Origin: an uncultured Actinomycetes bacterium
GTDB lineage: Bacteria > Actinomycetota > Thermoleophilia > Gaiellales > Gaiellaceae
NCBI GenBank assembly: GCA_963791425.1
Contig: CAWBSE010000003.1
Location: 858,078-922,077 of the forward strand
Length of the DNA stretch: 64,000 nucleotides
Direction: 5' to 3'
Part shown: positions 29,345 to 38,044 of the stretch, one piece after another
Numbering within the stretch: position 1 is the stretch's first letter
How the letters are laid out: each line of letters opens with the position of its first letter
Notes under the pieces: model-generated
The model's database searches: none
Seen by the model: the letters and a program-made list of their open reading frames with translations, nothing else
Told to the model about the DNA's origin: nothing
Made by a program: the position numbers and the translations under genes

Positions 29345-30679
29345 CTACTTGTTCGTCGGTTGGAAGTTCCCCTTCAGGTCGTACTGGGCGACCTGGGTGC
29401 CGATGTTGACGCCTGCAGTGGTGGAGAAGCGGTAGTGGAGGCCGGCCCAGACACGTGCGTTCGCGACGTTCTCGAGCAGGTCGTGGGCGGTCGCGAAGTG
29501 TTGGGAGGTGGTCAGAGTGGTGCCGCCGCCGGTTGCCCCGGGGACGTCGATGTTGACCGCAGACGTCTTCAGGACGGAGGCGAGCACCCCCGTGACGGCA
29601 GCGGTCACACAGCCGTGCTGGCTCGGGTACTCGGGGTGGTTGGGGGTGGTGATCAGCGGCGACCAGGCCGGGTCGGCCGTGGTGTTCGCATTCCCGTCCA
29701 GGCTCGCGCCACGGATCGCCGTGACCGGACGCCAGTACAGGTAGTGGTACTTGGAGTCCATGCAGGCGACGTGGGCGTCGGAGGCGACCATATTCCCCAT
29801 CGCCAGCAGCCTGACCGTGTCGACGAGGTCGAAATTGTGGCTCGTCGCGACGTCGCGAAAGACCTGGTTGTACTGGTTGATCACATTTGCGTTCCAGAAC
29901 AGCGCGGTCGCGGTCTGCGCCGCCGTCCTCGCGGTGCTCGTGGCCGAGCCCATCTTCTCGGTCTCGTTCAGGTCCGTGGCGTACTCGGGGCTCGTGATCG
30001 CCGGCGGAGCGGGAGCACGGAACTGGTCAGAGCTGTCGAGCATGAACGGCTTCACGTTTGCGAGCCACGGGGTCTGGGCCGACTGCGCCGACGGCGGCGG
30101 CGCGAACACCCAGGTGCCGGGCGCCTGCGGAGCGACACCGAACGCCGTCGAGACCGGAGCGTCGCGCCCGTCACCGAACTGGCTCACGATCAACTGGCTC
30201 GCGGCCGCCGAACCGACGGCGACCCCGGCCAGTCTCGCCTTCTCCGAAACCTGTGCCAGCGTCACGTTCAGGTAGTCGTTGTACGCCGACACGAGTGAAG
30301 GGGCGAGCGTCGGGAAGTAGTAGGAGAGCGTCGTGTACGCGGCGGCCGCGACCGCGGCGCGTGGCGAGGCGCCCGGTATCGCCTGCAGCGACGACCGGTA
30401 CGGCGCGTAGCGGCCCCTGATCGCCATCACCGCGTTGTACTCGGCCGCCTGCACATAGGCCATGTACAGCATCCCTTCCGGCTGGAACTTCGCCGGCGTC
30501 AACGCGGCCGAGCGCACGGTGTTGACCGCGATCACGTTCCAGTCCAGCGCCGCCTGCGGCGACAGCTTCGACTGGTCCTGCCGCACGCCCGACGCACCAG
30601 GCCCACTGACCAGGGTCGCCAGACCGGCAACGCCGAGCGCCGCCGTGACGAACAGCAAACGAAAACGGGCGAGTCTCAT
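29345..30679 (-). CDS. Secreted PAP2-superfamily, vanadium-haloperoxidase-like protein
   Basis: ATG at 30679 preceded by AAAGGGGGA. Signal peptide MRLARFRLLFVTAALGVAGLATLVSG. Motifs KYHYLYWRP, HPEYPSQHG and ARVWAGLHYRFS. Confidence 0.75.
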   Translation of the reverse strand: MRLARFRLLFVTAALGVAGLATLVSGPGASGVRQDQSKLSPQAALDWNVIAVNTVRSAALTPAKFQPEGMLYMAYVQAAEYNAVMAIRGRYAPYRSSLQAIPGASPRAAVAAAAYTTLSYYFPTLAPSLVSAYNDYLNVTLAQVSEKARLAGVAVGSAAASQLIVSQFGDGRDAPVSTAFGVAPQAPGTWVFAPPPSAQSAQTPWLANVKPFMLDSSDQFRAPAPPAITSPEYATDLNETEKMGSATSTARTAAQTATALFWNANVINQYNQVFRDVATSHNFDLVDTVRLLAMGNMVASDAHVACMDSKYHYLYWRPVTAIRGASLDGNANTTADPAWSPLITTPNHPEYPSQHGCVTAAVTGVLASVLKTSAVNIDVPGATGGGTTLTTSQHFATAHDLLENVANARVWAGLHYRFSTTAGVNIGTQVAQYDLKGNFQPTNK

Positions 30680-30765
30680 CCGAGATCCCCCTTTCTGCCG
30701 GGAGTCGATGCTCGAGGCGGCCGTGATCTTGAGCTTCCTGTTCATGTCTGCGATCTCCTTTCGAG

Positions 30766-30975
30766 TTACGGTGCGGGACGGTCGGTTGCCTCGCGAGGGG
30801 TGGTGGGCTGCGCTGCCAGCTCGGCGTGGAAGACGAGCAGCAGTGCCTCTTCGTGCGAGAGCGGCATGGAGTGGGCCTCCGCGGCGTGGCGCCTGACCTC
30901 CGCGATGAGCCCTTCCTCGTCCGCTGCGCGGGCCTCGAACCCGCACTCGCACGTGATCACCGCTCCCACTCGCAT
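30766..30975 (-). CDS. Small cytoplasmic Cys-x-Cys protein (loosely DUF1059-like), paralog A
   Basis: 69 aa: MRVGAVITCECGFEARAADEEGLIAEVRRHAAEAHSMPLSHEEALLLVFHAELA. Paralog of 34558..34777. Confidence 0.6.
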   Translation of the reverse strand: MRVGAVITCECGFEARAADEEGLIAEVRRHAAEAHSMPLSHEEALLLVFHAELAAQPTTPREATDRPAP

Positions 30976-30984
30976 CAGGCGAGG

Positions 30985-31002
30985 CTAGGCACCCGTCCCT
31001 AA
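30985..31002. promoter_or_regulatory. Inverted repeat CTAGG-N8-CCTAA, candidate operator between small gene A and the SARP gene
   Basis: CTAGGCACCCGTCCCTAA lies 9 nt from the small-gene start. It matches 15/18 positions of the repeat at 34530..34547. Confidence 0.45.
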
Positions 31003-31027
31003 AACGAGGCAAGATGGCGGCAACCGA

Positions 31028-34000
31028 ATGGCTAACACGCTGAGGCTGAAGGTCTCCGTCATCGGTCGCGTCGCGGTCGAGACCGACGGCGCCGTGATCG
31101 ACGAGGCCCAGCTCGGAGGCCGGCAGGGACGGCTCCTGTTCGCCTACCTCGTAGCCGAGCGGAGCAGGCCGGTTCCGCGGGACGAGCTCGCCGAGGCGCT
31201 CTGGGGCGAGACGCCGCCCGCGACCAGAGACAAGGCGCTGACAGTGATCGCCAGCAAGCTCCGTGGCGCGCTCGCAGACACCGGACTCGACGGCCGGGAG
31301 CTGTTGACAGCGGCGTTCGGCTGCTACCGGCTCGACCTGCCCGAGGGGACTTGGGTCGACCTGTTCGCAGCCGAGAGCAGCGCACAGGACGCGGAAGAAG
31401 CGCTCGCCGCAGGTGAGCTCGACCAGGCACGGGCGGCGGCTGAGTCGGCGGAGTCACTGGCGCACCGGCCGTTCCTGCCCGGTGAAGACGGAACGTGGGT
31501 CGAGCAGAAGCGACGCGACCTCGCCGACATCCGCGAGCGCGCGTTGAGCGTCCTTGCCGATGCGTGCCTACGCTTGGGTGCCGCGCGGGAGGCGGCAAAG
31601 TGGGCCGAGGAACTGATCGCGCTCTCGCCGTTTCGCGAGAGTGGATACCGCCATCTGATGGAGGCACACGTCGTCGCGGGAAACCGCGCCGAGGCGCTTC
31701 GCGTGTACGAGAAGTGCCGGCAGCTTCTCGCGGAGGAGCTCGGCGCGTATCCATCGCCGGAGACAGACTCGATCTACCGTGCACTGCTGGAGGCACCGCA
31801 GACGTCCGTTCGAACGACGCCGGTCGCCGAGCCGACGGTCGAACCCGGTACGTCCGAGCTCTCGCAAGTCCAGACGGAGGCGCTACGGCTCCAGGCGGAG
31901 CAGGTAGTCGAGCGACGGTCGCGGAAGCGCGGCGCACTCCTTCTCGCTGCGCTCGCCAGCGTGATCGCTGCGGCGGTCGTGATCCCGCTCGTGGCGTTCG
32001 GTGGAAGCGGAGGCCGCTCGGCCGTCTCGCCGGCCGGAGACTCGCTGGCGGTCGTCGACGCGCGCTCGGGCCGCCTTGTCGCTGCCACCGGCGTGGGCGC
32101 GACACCCACGGCCGTCGCGGCCGGCGAAGGTGCGTACTGGGTCACCAACGCCGATGGCCACACGGTGTCGCGGATCGACCCCGGAACGACCGCCGTCGTC
32201 GACACGATTCCGGTTGGCAACGGCCCGAGCGGGATCGCGACTGGCGCCGGCGCGGTCTGGGTGGTCAACAGCTTCGACAGCGCGGTCTCGCGGATCGACC
32301 CGGGCACGAACACGGTCGTCCAGACGATCCCCGTCGGGAGCGGCCCGCGCGGGATCCTCTACGCGGCCGGCTCGGTCTGGGTCACGAACACCGGCGACGG
32401 AACGATCACGAGGATCGACCCCGACAGCGGCGGGACGACCAAGACGCTCCCGGTCGCCGCGACCGAGCTCGCCTTCGGCGCAGGCACGCTGTGGGCGAGC
32501 GAGCCTGCGGCGGGCCAGGTGGTTCGCATAGATCCGACCACCGGGAAGCAGGTCGCCGTGATCCAGGTCGGGAACGGCCCGACGGGGATCGCCTTCGGCC
32601 AAGGCTCGGCGTGGGTGACGAACAGTCTGGACGGGACGGTTTCCCGGATCGATCCCGAGACGAACTCCGTCACCGCACTCGTTCCCACCGGCAACGGGCC
32701 AGATGCGGTGGCCGTCGGCCCACGTGGCATCTGGGTGACCAACCAGTTCGGCGGCGACGTCGTGCGGATCGATTCCGGCCGGAACCAGGTGGCGCAGCGG
32801 GTGAGCGTGGGAAGCCGTCCGTCGGGATTGGCGATGTCGGGCGGGGCCGTGCTCGTCGCCGTCCGTCAGTCGGGCGCCGGCCACCGCGGCGGGACGCTCG
32901 TGCTGCGGGCTGACCGGCTCAAGCAGGGGGACATCGTCGACTCCATTGATCCCGCCGTTTCCCTGTACACGTACGTCTATCCATTCCTGCGGATGACCGG
33001 CGACGGCCTCGTCGCGTTCAACCAGGTCAGCGGTCTGGCGGGAACGCAGCTCGTGCCCGACCTCGCGACGTCGCTGCCGACGCCGACCGACGGCGGCCGC
33101 ACGTACACATTCCGGCTCCGGCCGGGCATCCGCTACTCGACCGGCAGGCCGGTGCGGGCGACGGACTTCCGCTTCACCCTCGAACGCTTTTACGCGCTCC
33201 TATCCCCCGTGACGGACTACGACGGGATCGTCGGCGGCGCGCAATGCCGGAAGCATCCGAAACGGTGCGACCTCTCGCGCGGGATCGTCGCCAACGACGT
33301 TGCCCGCATCGTGACCTTCCACCTGGTCCGGCCGGACCCCTACTTCCTCCACAAGCTCGCCGGCCCGCCCGCCTACGTGCTGCCGGCCGGCACGCCGCCG
33401 CGGCCGGCCGGAACGCACCCGCTGCCCGCGACCGGCCCCTACATGATCGCGACCTACAGGCCGAGGAGACTGCTCAGGCTCGTCCGCAATCCGTTCTTCC
33501 ACGAGTGGTCGCCCGCCGCTCAGCCGGACGGATACCCCGACCGCATCGAGATCCGCATCGCCGGCACCCCGGACGACGCGATTCGCGACGTCGTCGACGG
33601 CAAGTCCGATGTCGTCTGGCTGTCCCAGCCGTGGCACCCGTCGCAGCTGTCGAGGGTCGAGGTCCGGTACGCGAGCCAGCTCCACTCCGACCCGAGCTGG
33701 AACTTCCAGGTGCTCTTCCTCAACCCTCGCGTCCCGCCCTTCGACCGGCTCGACGCCCGTCGGGCGGTGAACTTCGCCGTCGACCGCGCTGCGGCGACGA
33801 ACGCCTGGGGCGGGCCGCGCTTCGCCCAGATCACGTGCCAGATGCTGCCGCCGAACTACCCGGGCTACAGCCCCTACTGCCCGTACACCGCCGGCTCGAC
33901 GAAGAGCGGAGCGTGGACGGCACCCGACCTGGCGAGGGCGAGAGCGCTCGTGGCACGCTCGGGGACACGCGGCATGAAGGTCACCCTCTGGGCGTGGTCG

Positions 34001-34465
34001 CAGGCAGAGGGCTTCAACCGAGTGGCCGTGAAGGTGCTCCGCTCGCTCGGCTACCGCGTGGCCGTCAAGCCGGTCGTCGGCGACCGATACTGGAGCGTCG
34101 TCGGTGACTCGCGCAACCGGGCGCAGATCGGGTTCAACGGCTGGGCCCTGGGGTACCCGGACCCGGCGCCGTTCTTCGATCAGTTCAGCTGTCGAGCGTT
34201 CCTGCCCGGGAACCCCGCCAACCTCGGAAGCGGGCTCTGCGACCCGGGCATCGACCGCCAGATGCGCAGGGCGCAGGCAGAGCAGCTGAGCGACCCGATC
34301 GGGTCGCGCGCACGCTGGGCCCGCGTCGACCGCGAGGTCACCGACGCGGCACCGTGGGTGCCGCTCATGTTCTCGAAGAACGTGAACTTCCTCTCCAAGC
34401 GCGTCGGCAACTACCAATACAACCCGCAGCAGTTCGTGCTCATCGACCAGCTCTGGGTGCGGTAG
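31028..34465 (+). CDS. Membrane-tethered SARP-type regulator: wHTH + BTAD, single TM, about 7 YVTN beta-propeller repeats, family-5 solute-binding domain
   Basis: 1145 aa. N-terminus RDELAEALWGE..BTAD (LSPFRESGYRHLMEAHVVAGNRAEALRVYEKCRQLL). TM ALLLAALASVIAAAVVIPLVAF. Repeats VSRIDPGTN.VV.TIPVG.GP.GIA. C-terminus GGTLVLR...YTFRLRPGIRYSTGRPV is SBP_bac_5-like. Confidence 0.85.
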   Translation: MANTLRLKVSVIGRVAVETDGAVIDEAQLGGRQGRLLFAYLVAERSRPVPRDELAEALWGETPPATRDKALTVIASKLRGALADTGLDGRELLTAAFGCYRLDLPEGTWVDLFAAESSAQDAEEALAAGELDQARAAAESAESLAHRPFLPGEDGTWVEQKRRDLADIRERALSVLADACLRLGAAREAAKWAEELIALSPFRESGYRHLMEAHVVAGNRAEALRVYEKCRQLLAEELGAYPSPETDSIYRALLEAPQTSVRTTPVAEPTVEPGTSELSQVQTEALRLQAEQVVERRSRKRGALLLAALASVIAAAVVIPLVAFGGSGGRSAVSPAGDSLAVVDARSGRLVAATGVGATPTAVAAGEGAYWVTNADGHTVSRIDPGTTAVVDTIPVGNGPSGIATGAGAVWVVNSFDSAVSRIDPGTNTVVQTIPVGSGPRGILYAAGSVWVTNTGDGTITRIDPDSGGTTKTLPVAATELAFGAGTLWASEPAAGQVVRIDPTTGKQVAVIQVGNGPTGIAFGQGSAWVTNSLDGTVSRIDPETNSVTALVPTGNGPDAVAVGPRGIWVTNQFGGDVVRIDSGRNQVAQRVSVGSRPSGLAMSGGAVLVAVRQSGAGHRGGTLVLRADRLKQGDIVDSIDPAVSLYTYVYPFLRMTGDGLVAFNQVSGLAGTQLVPDLATSLPTPTDGGRTYTFRLRPGIRYSTGRPVRATDFRFTLERFYALLSPVTDYDGIVGGAQCRKHPKRCDLSRGIVANDVARIVTFHLVRPDPYFLHKLAGPPAYVLPAGTPPRPAGTHPLPATGPYMIATYRPRRLLRLVRNPFFHEWSPAAQPDGYPDRIEIRIAGTPDDAIRDVVDGKSDVVWLSQPWHPSQLSRVEVRYASQLHSDPSWNFQVLFLNPRVPPFDRLDARRAVNFAVDRAAATNAWGGPRFAQITCQMLPPNYPGYSPYCPYTAGSTKSGAWTAPDLARARALVARSGTRGMKVTLWAWSQAEGFNRVAVKVLRSLGYRVAVKPVVGDRYWSVVGDSRNRAQIGFNGWALGYPDPAPFFDQFSCRAFLPGNPANLGSGLCDPGIDRQMRRAQAEQLSDPIGSRARWARVDREVTDAAPWVPLMFSKNVNFLSKRVGNYQYNPQQFVLIDQLWVR

Positions 34466-34495
34466 GACAGCGCCGACAGGACGATGCCGCAGTGA

Positions 34496-34549
34496 TCTAG
34501 CCACGGTCTAGGCGCGAGCTTGCCGGTTCCTAGGCACCCATTCCTAGCC
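34496..34549. promoter_or_regulatory. CTAG-rich region holding inverted repeat CTAGG-N8-CCTAG, upstream of small gene B
   Basis: Four CTAG tetramers at 34497, 34508, 34530 and 34544. The inverted repeat is at 34530..34547, 10 nt before the GTG at 34558. Confidence 0.45.
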
Positions 34550-34557
34550 TCGGGTGC

Positions 34558-34777
34558 GTGGAGATCGTGGACAAGACGCTCACCTGCGACTGCGGATTCA
34601 TCGCCCGGGCCCCCGACGACGCCGGACTCGCCACCGAGGTTCTTGCGTCACGCCTGGGAGGCCCACGGGATGCGGCTCTCGCACGACGAAGCGCTGCTGC
34701 TCCTGTTCCACGCCGAGCTGGCAGAAGCGACCAGGATCCCCCCGCGACCACAGACCGCAACGGAAAGGGAGGAGTAA
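34558..34777 (+). pseudogene. Small Cys-x-Cys protein, paralog B, one frameshift near 34645
   Basis: MEIVDKTLTCDCGFIARAPDDAGLATEV (ORF 34558 frame) continues as LRHAWEAHGMRLSHDEALLLLFHAELAEA (ORF 34520..34777 frame). It is colinear with paralog A. Confidence 0.55.
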
Positions 34778-35958
34778 TGAAGCGAGCAATGCTGGCAGCC
34801 ATCGGGCTGCTCTCACTGAGTGTGTTCGTGCTTGCGGCGGCAGCCGCAGTCTGCACGACCAGGTACGTGTCACCGTCGGGCGTGGACAACGCGACCTGCA
34901 GCAAGAACAGCCCGTGCAAGCATGTCCAGCAGGCGGTCAACGTCGCCTCGGCCGGCGACACGATCTCGCTTGCCAAGGGCAGCTACGTCGAGCAGGTGTC
35001 GATCGCGAAGGATCTGACCCTGACCGGGGCAGGCTCCGGAGCGAGCACGATCTCTGCACCTGCCGTCGCGCTCGTGCCGGACAGCCACGGGTTCCTGAAC
35101 ATCGTCGAGATCAACAGCGGCGCGAGCGTTCGGATGAGCAACTTGGCTGTTGCCGGCCCCGGCCCTGGACCCTGCAACAGCATCGACAGGGGGATCTCCG
35201 TCATCGAGGGGGCGTCGCTCGCGCTCACGCGGGCGGCGGTCAGCGACATCCGCGACAACTTGCCGAGCAACGACTGTAACAACGGCTTCGGCGTCGGTGC
35301 CGGCACCCAGATCCGCGGCGGTCAACTCACGCCCGATCCTGAGGTCGGCCACCTCACCATCGACCACACCACCGTGACCGGCTACCAGAGAGCCGCGATC
35401 TTCGTCATCAACGACGGCTCGACCGGGCAGATCGACCACAACACCGTCAAGGGCACGCCCTGCAGTGTCTGTGCCGGCCCCGGCGGAATCGGGGTGTTTT
35501 TTGGTGGTTCGGCGACCATCGATCACAACACGATCAGCGGCAACGAATGCAACGACTCGGACTATGGGTGCGGCTCGGACTGGTTCAACAACTATCAGTC
35601 GTGGGGCGTTCTCACGATCGGGGCTGCCTCGTCGACTGTGATCTCACACAACAGCCTGAACACGAATGACGGAGGCATCTACACCGACACCGGGGTCACG
35701 ATCGACCACAACGACGTGGCCTCCCGCTACTTCGGCATCGCGACCGACTACGGGAACGCGGCGCAGGTCGATCACAACTCGACGACCGGCGGCGTCTACG
35801 GGATCTACGAGTTCGGCGGAACCGGCACCTTCAGCCACAACTCGGCGAGCGGCAGCTCGGGCGCCGATCTCTGGTGGGACGGCACCGGCACGCCCAGCTT
35901 CAGCCACAACAGCTGCGGTACGGCATCGCCCAGCAAAGCGATCTGGCACTGCCATTAG
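34777..35958 (+). CDS. Secreted right-handed parallel beta-helix repeat protein (pectin-lyase fold, Cys-rich)
   Basis: ATG at 34777 after GGGAGGAG, overlapping the upstream TAA by 1 nt. Signal peptide MKRAMLAAIGLLSLSVFVLAAAAA. RYVSPSGVDNATC..AGDTISLAKGSYVE plus repeated IDHN(T/S) turns. Confidence 0.8.
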   Translation: MKRAMLAAIGLLSLSVFVLAAAAAVCTTRYVSPSGVDNATCSKNSPCKHVQQAVNVASAGDTISLAKGSYVEQVSIAKDLTLTGAGSGASTISAPAVALVPDSHGFLNIVEINSGASVRMSNLAVAGPGPGPCNSIDRGISVIEGASLALTRAAVSDIRDNLPSNDCNNGFGVGAGTQIRGGQLTPDPEVGHLTIDHTTVTGYQRAAIFVINDGSTGQIDHNTVKGTPCSVCAGPGGIGVFFGGSATIDHNTISGNECNDSDYGCGSDWFNNYQSWGVLTIGAASSTVISHNSLNTNDGGIYTDTGVTIDHNDVASRYFGIATDYGNAAQVDHNSTTGGVYGIYEFGGTGTFSHNSASGSSGADLWWDGTGTPSFSHNSCGTASPSKAIWHCH

Positions 35959-35997
35959 CCGCCGTCGCACACCAACGCGACCACCGAGCACGACCAG

Positions 35998-36024
35998 CTG
36001 GAGCCCCCGGGAAGGGGGCTCCAG
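35998..36024 (+). terminator. GC hairpin after the beta-helix gene
   Basis: CTGGAGCCCCC-gggaa-GGGGGCTCCAG, an 11-bp perfect stem. Confidence 0.55.
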
Positions 36025-36054
36025 CGCCGCCGAACCGGAGGAACCCGCGTTCCA

Positions 36055-36170
36055 GGGCACCACTCCCCCGCCTTCACCCTCTCGGTCTACGTTCTGCCTC
36101 TTGGCCGACGAGCGCCCGGAAGTCTCGATCCTCGACAGCCCGTCCGAGGCAATGGCGGGGCAACCCACAT
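36055..36170 (+). pseudogene. Second, more degraded tyrosine-integrase 3' remnant
   Basis: GHHSPAFTLSVYV, then (after a frame slip) LLADERPEVSILD. Nucleotide-level similarity to 29046..29160 (GHHSPAFTLATYVHLLPDDLPDPGFLD). Confidence 0.4.
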
Positions 36171-36381
36171 ACCGAGCTGGGTTCGTACATGGCGTGTTGG
36201 TTCTTCCGACTCTCCCTGGAAATTGAGGGAATGGACCTAACCGGACTCGAACCGCCGTCGATTGGGGCAACGCAGGGGCAACATGACCTACCGAATCCGG
36301 CCGAAACCCGGCGTCGTCGGAGAGGCTGGAATCGGCCTGAAACGAAGCTCCACCGAGGCCGGCCGAGACTGCGCGCCGCTT

Positions 36382-36425
36382 CTCTTAATCCCAAGGTCGA
36401 AGGTTCGAATCCTTCACGGCCCATC
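36382..36425 (+). repeat. att copy 2 (tRNA-Lys 3' half only)
   Basis: 44/44 identity to 28818..28861. The upstream sequence has no tRNA 5' half. Confidence 0.85.
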
Positions 36426-36484
36426 GCAAAAGCCTCGCTAACCAGGGTTTTTTTATGCCTCGAGCCTCGCTGCGGTGTGGCGGC

Positions 36485-36513
36485 GCAGGGCGCGGGCAGT
36501 GCCCACGCCCTGC
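36485..36513. terminator. GC hairpin 3' of the NHL-repeat gene
   Basis: GCAGGGCG-C-GGGCA-G-TGCCC-A-CGCCCTGC, a nested perfect stem. Confidence 0.5.
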
Positions 36514-36533
36514 GTCCAGCCCGACTCGAGCGG

Positions 36534-37778
36534 CTACTTCGCGCTCGCCGGAACGCTCACCGTGACCTTGCGCGTCTCGGTGGTCAGACGCCCGTTGGTC
36601 TTGAGGACGATCGTGAAGGTGGCGGCCGTCGTGCTGCCCGCGACCTTCGAGAGGGCGGCTTGCGCCAGGGGTATCTCGATCGCGGTCGTCTTGCCCGCGG
36701 CGACCTTCACGGTCGCCTTGCCGGCGACGCCCTTCCCCGTGAGGCTCGCCGTCGCGTCCACCTGCGCCGGGCAGGCGACGTTGGTGAGGGCGTACCTCAC
36801 TCTGGCGACGTAGCCCCTCGGACCCTTCGCCACGACCAGCCGAACGGGCACGGCCGCCGCCGCCGGCTTCGAGCGGTCCTCGGCGAAGTGGATGACGCTG
36901 TGCGTGGCACCGTCGTACGCATAGAGGTCGCCGGTGGGCCCGACGGCGACGTCCTGCGGTTGCAGGTCCCCGGAGGTGGCCGTCGCGAGGATCCTGCCCG
37001 CCGGCGAGTATTTCACCAGGCTCCGCTTCGGGACGTTCGTCGACCAGACGTTGCAGTCCGGGTCGATGCCGATGCCGGTGTAGACGCCGGCACCGGCAGT
37101 GGCCGGTAGCTGGAGCCTGATCGTCGTCAGCAGCTTGCCACTCGAGTCGAAGCGCTTGACGGTTGGCGGCGAGCCTCTCTGATCTGCCACGTAGATGCTG
37201 CCGTCGGCGGACGCCTCGACGTCGCCTGGAACCTGAAAGCCCGTCGCCCAGGTCCTTGCTCCCGCCCATCCGGTGGACGTCTTGTCGAAGCGAACGACGA
37301 CGTGTGTGGTATCGCCGTTGGTGGAGACGTACACGTTCCCCGCCGCGTCGACGGCGATACCTTCCGCCCCCTTGGGTGTGCCGAGGTTCTCGGCCTGTCC
37401 GCCGCCCTTCGGGAACCGCCGTGCCTGCGCCGCCTGCTGAGCGGTGCCCCACACGTCGCCCTCCGGGCCGACGGCCACGTCCTCGACGAATTCCGAAGCC
37501 GCAAACGCGAGCTTCTGCTGGAACGCGCCCTTCGACGAGAAGATCTGGATGCGATGGCCATCGGAATCCGCGACGTACACGTTGCCGGCCTTGTCGGTGG
37601 CGAGCCCGAGCGCGTTGGCCGGGAACTGGCCGTTCCCCGTGCCGGGCTTGCCCCAGTGCCCCACCACCTTGTATGCAGGCCCTGCAGTCCCGGCCTCCTC
37701 GGCGGCCGTCGCACCGGCCGCACAGGCTGCGGCGGCGACGAGCGCCGACAGGGCGATCTTCAACCTTGCTCCCTTCAC
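36534..37778 (-). CDS. Secreted NHL-repeat beta-propeller protein with C-terminal Ig-like region
   Basis: GTG at 37778 after GAAGGAGGG. Signal peptide. Repeats GNGQFPANALGLATDKAGNVYVADSDGHRIQIFS, GIAVDAAGNVYVS and DGSIYVADQ. Confidence 0.8.
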   Translation of the reverse strand: MKGARLKIALSALVAAAACAAGATAAEEAGTAGPAYKVVGHWGKPGTGNGQFPANALGLATDKAGNVYVADSDGHRIQIFSSKGAFQQKLAFAASEFVEDVAVGPEGDVWGTAQQAAQARRFPKGGGQAENLGTPKGAEGIAVDAAGNVYVSTNGDTTHVVVRFDKTSTGWAGARTWATGFQVPGDVEASADGSIYVADQRGSPPTVKRFDSSGKLLTTIRLQLPATAGAGVYTGIGIDPDCNVWSTNVPKRSLVKYSPAGRILATATSGDLQPQDVAVGPTGDLYAYDGATHSVIHFAEDRSKPAAAAVPVRLVVAKGPRGYVARVRYALTNVACPAQVDATASLTGKGVAGKATVKVAAGKTTAIEIPLAQAALSKVAGSTTAATFTIVLKTNGRLTTETRKVTVSVPASAK

Positions 37779-38044
37779 GATCCCTCCTTCGTGTCGCTTT
37801 CGATGGTCTCGGTGATGCGCGCATCCGTGAGGCCCGACCTGCTCGCCGCCTCGAGGAGGGCCTCCCGTGAGGAGGCCTCGAAGACGTGGAAGCACGTCTC
37901 GTCCTCGGCGACGTACATCGTCCGGACATAGCGCACCGCCGCTTCGCTCCGGGCCTTCCGGTCTCCCACCATGCGAGCCCTGGCGGCGGCCTCCTCGAGG
38001 GCCTGCCCCCTGGGCATGTAGAGCTCGAGCAGGTACCGGGGCAT
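37775..38044 (-). CDS. DUF4242-like small protein
   Basis: ATG at 38044: MPRYLLELYMPRG...RYVRTMYVAEDETCFHVFEASSREALLEAASRSGLTDARITE. GTGA overlap with the NHL gene. Confidence 0.6.
   Translation of the reverse strand: MPRYLLELYMPRGQALEEAAARARMVGDRKARSEAAVRYVRTMYVAEDETCFHVFEASSREALLEAASRSGLTDARITETIESDTKEGS

Larger units (their letters stand above)
28862..36381. mobile_element. Degraded integrative island 1 at tRNA-Lys (about 7.5 kb)
   Basis: Bounded by att copies 1 and 2. Carries two tyrosine-integrase 3' remnants and accessory-type cargo. Confidence 0.6.

Noticed and set aside
36235-36262. GGACCTAACCGGACTCGAACCGCCGTCG, resembling the reverse complement of a tRNA T-arm/acceptor end
   Set aside because: I could not fold a convincing T-stem (only about 3 bp) or any remainder of a tRNA. 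At most it is a badly decayed fragment.
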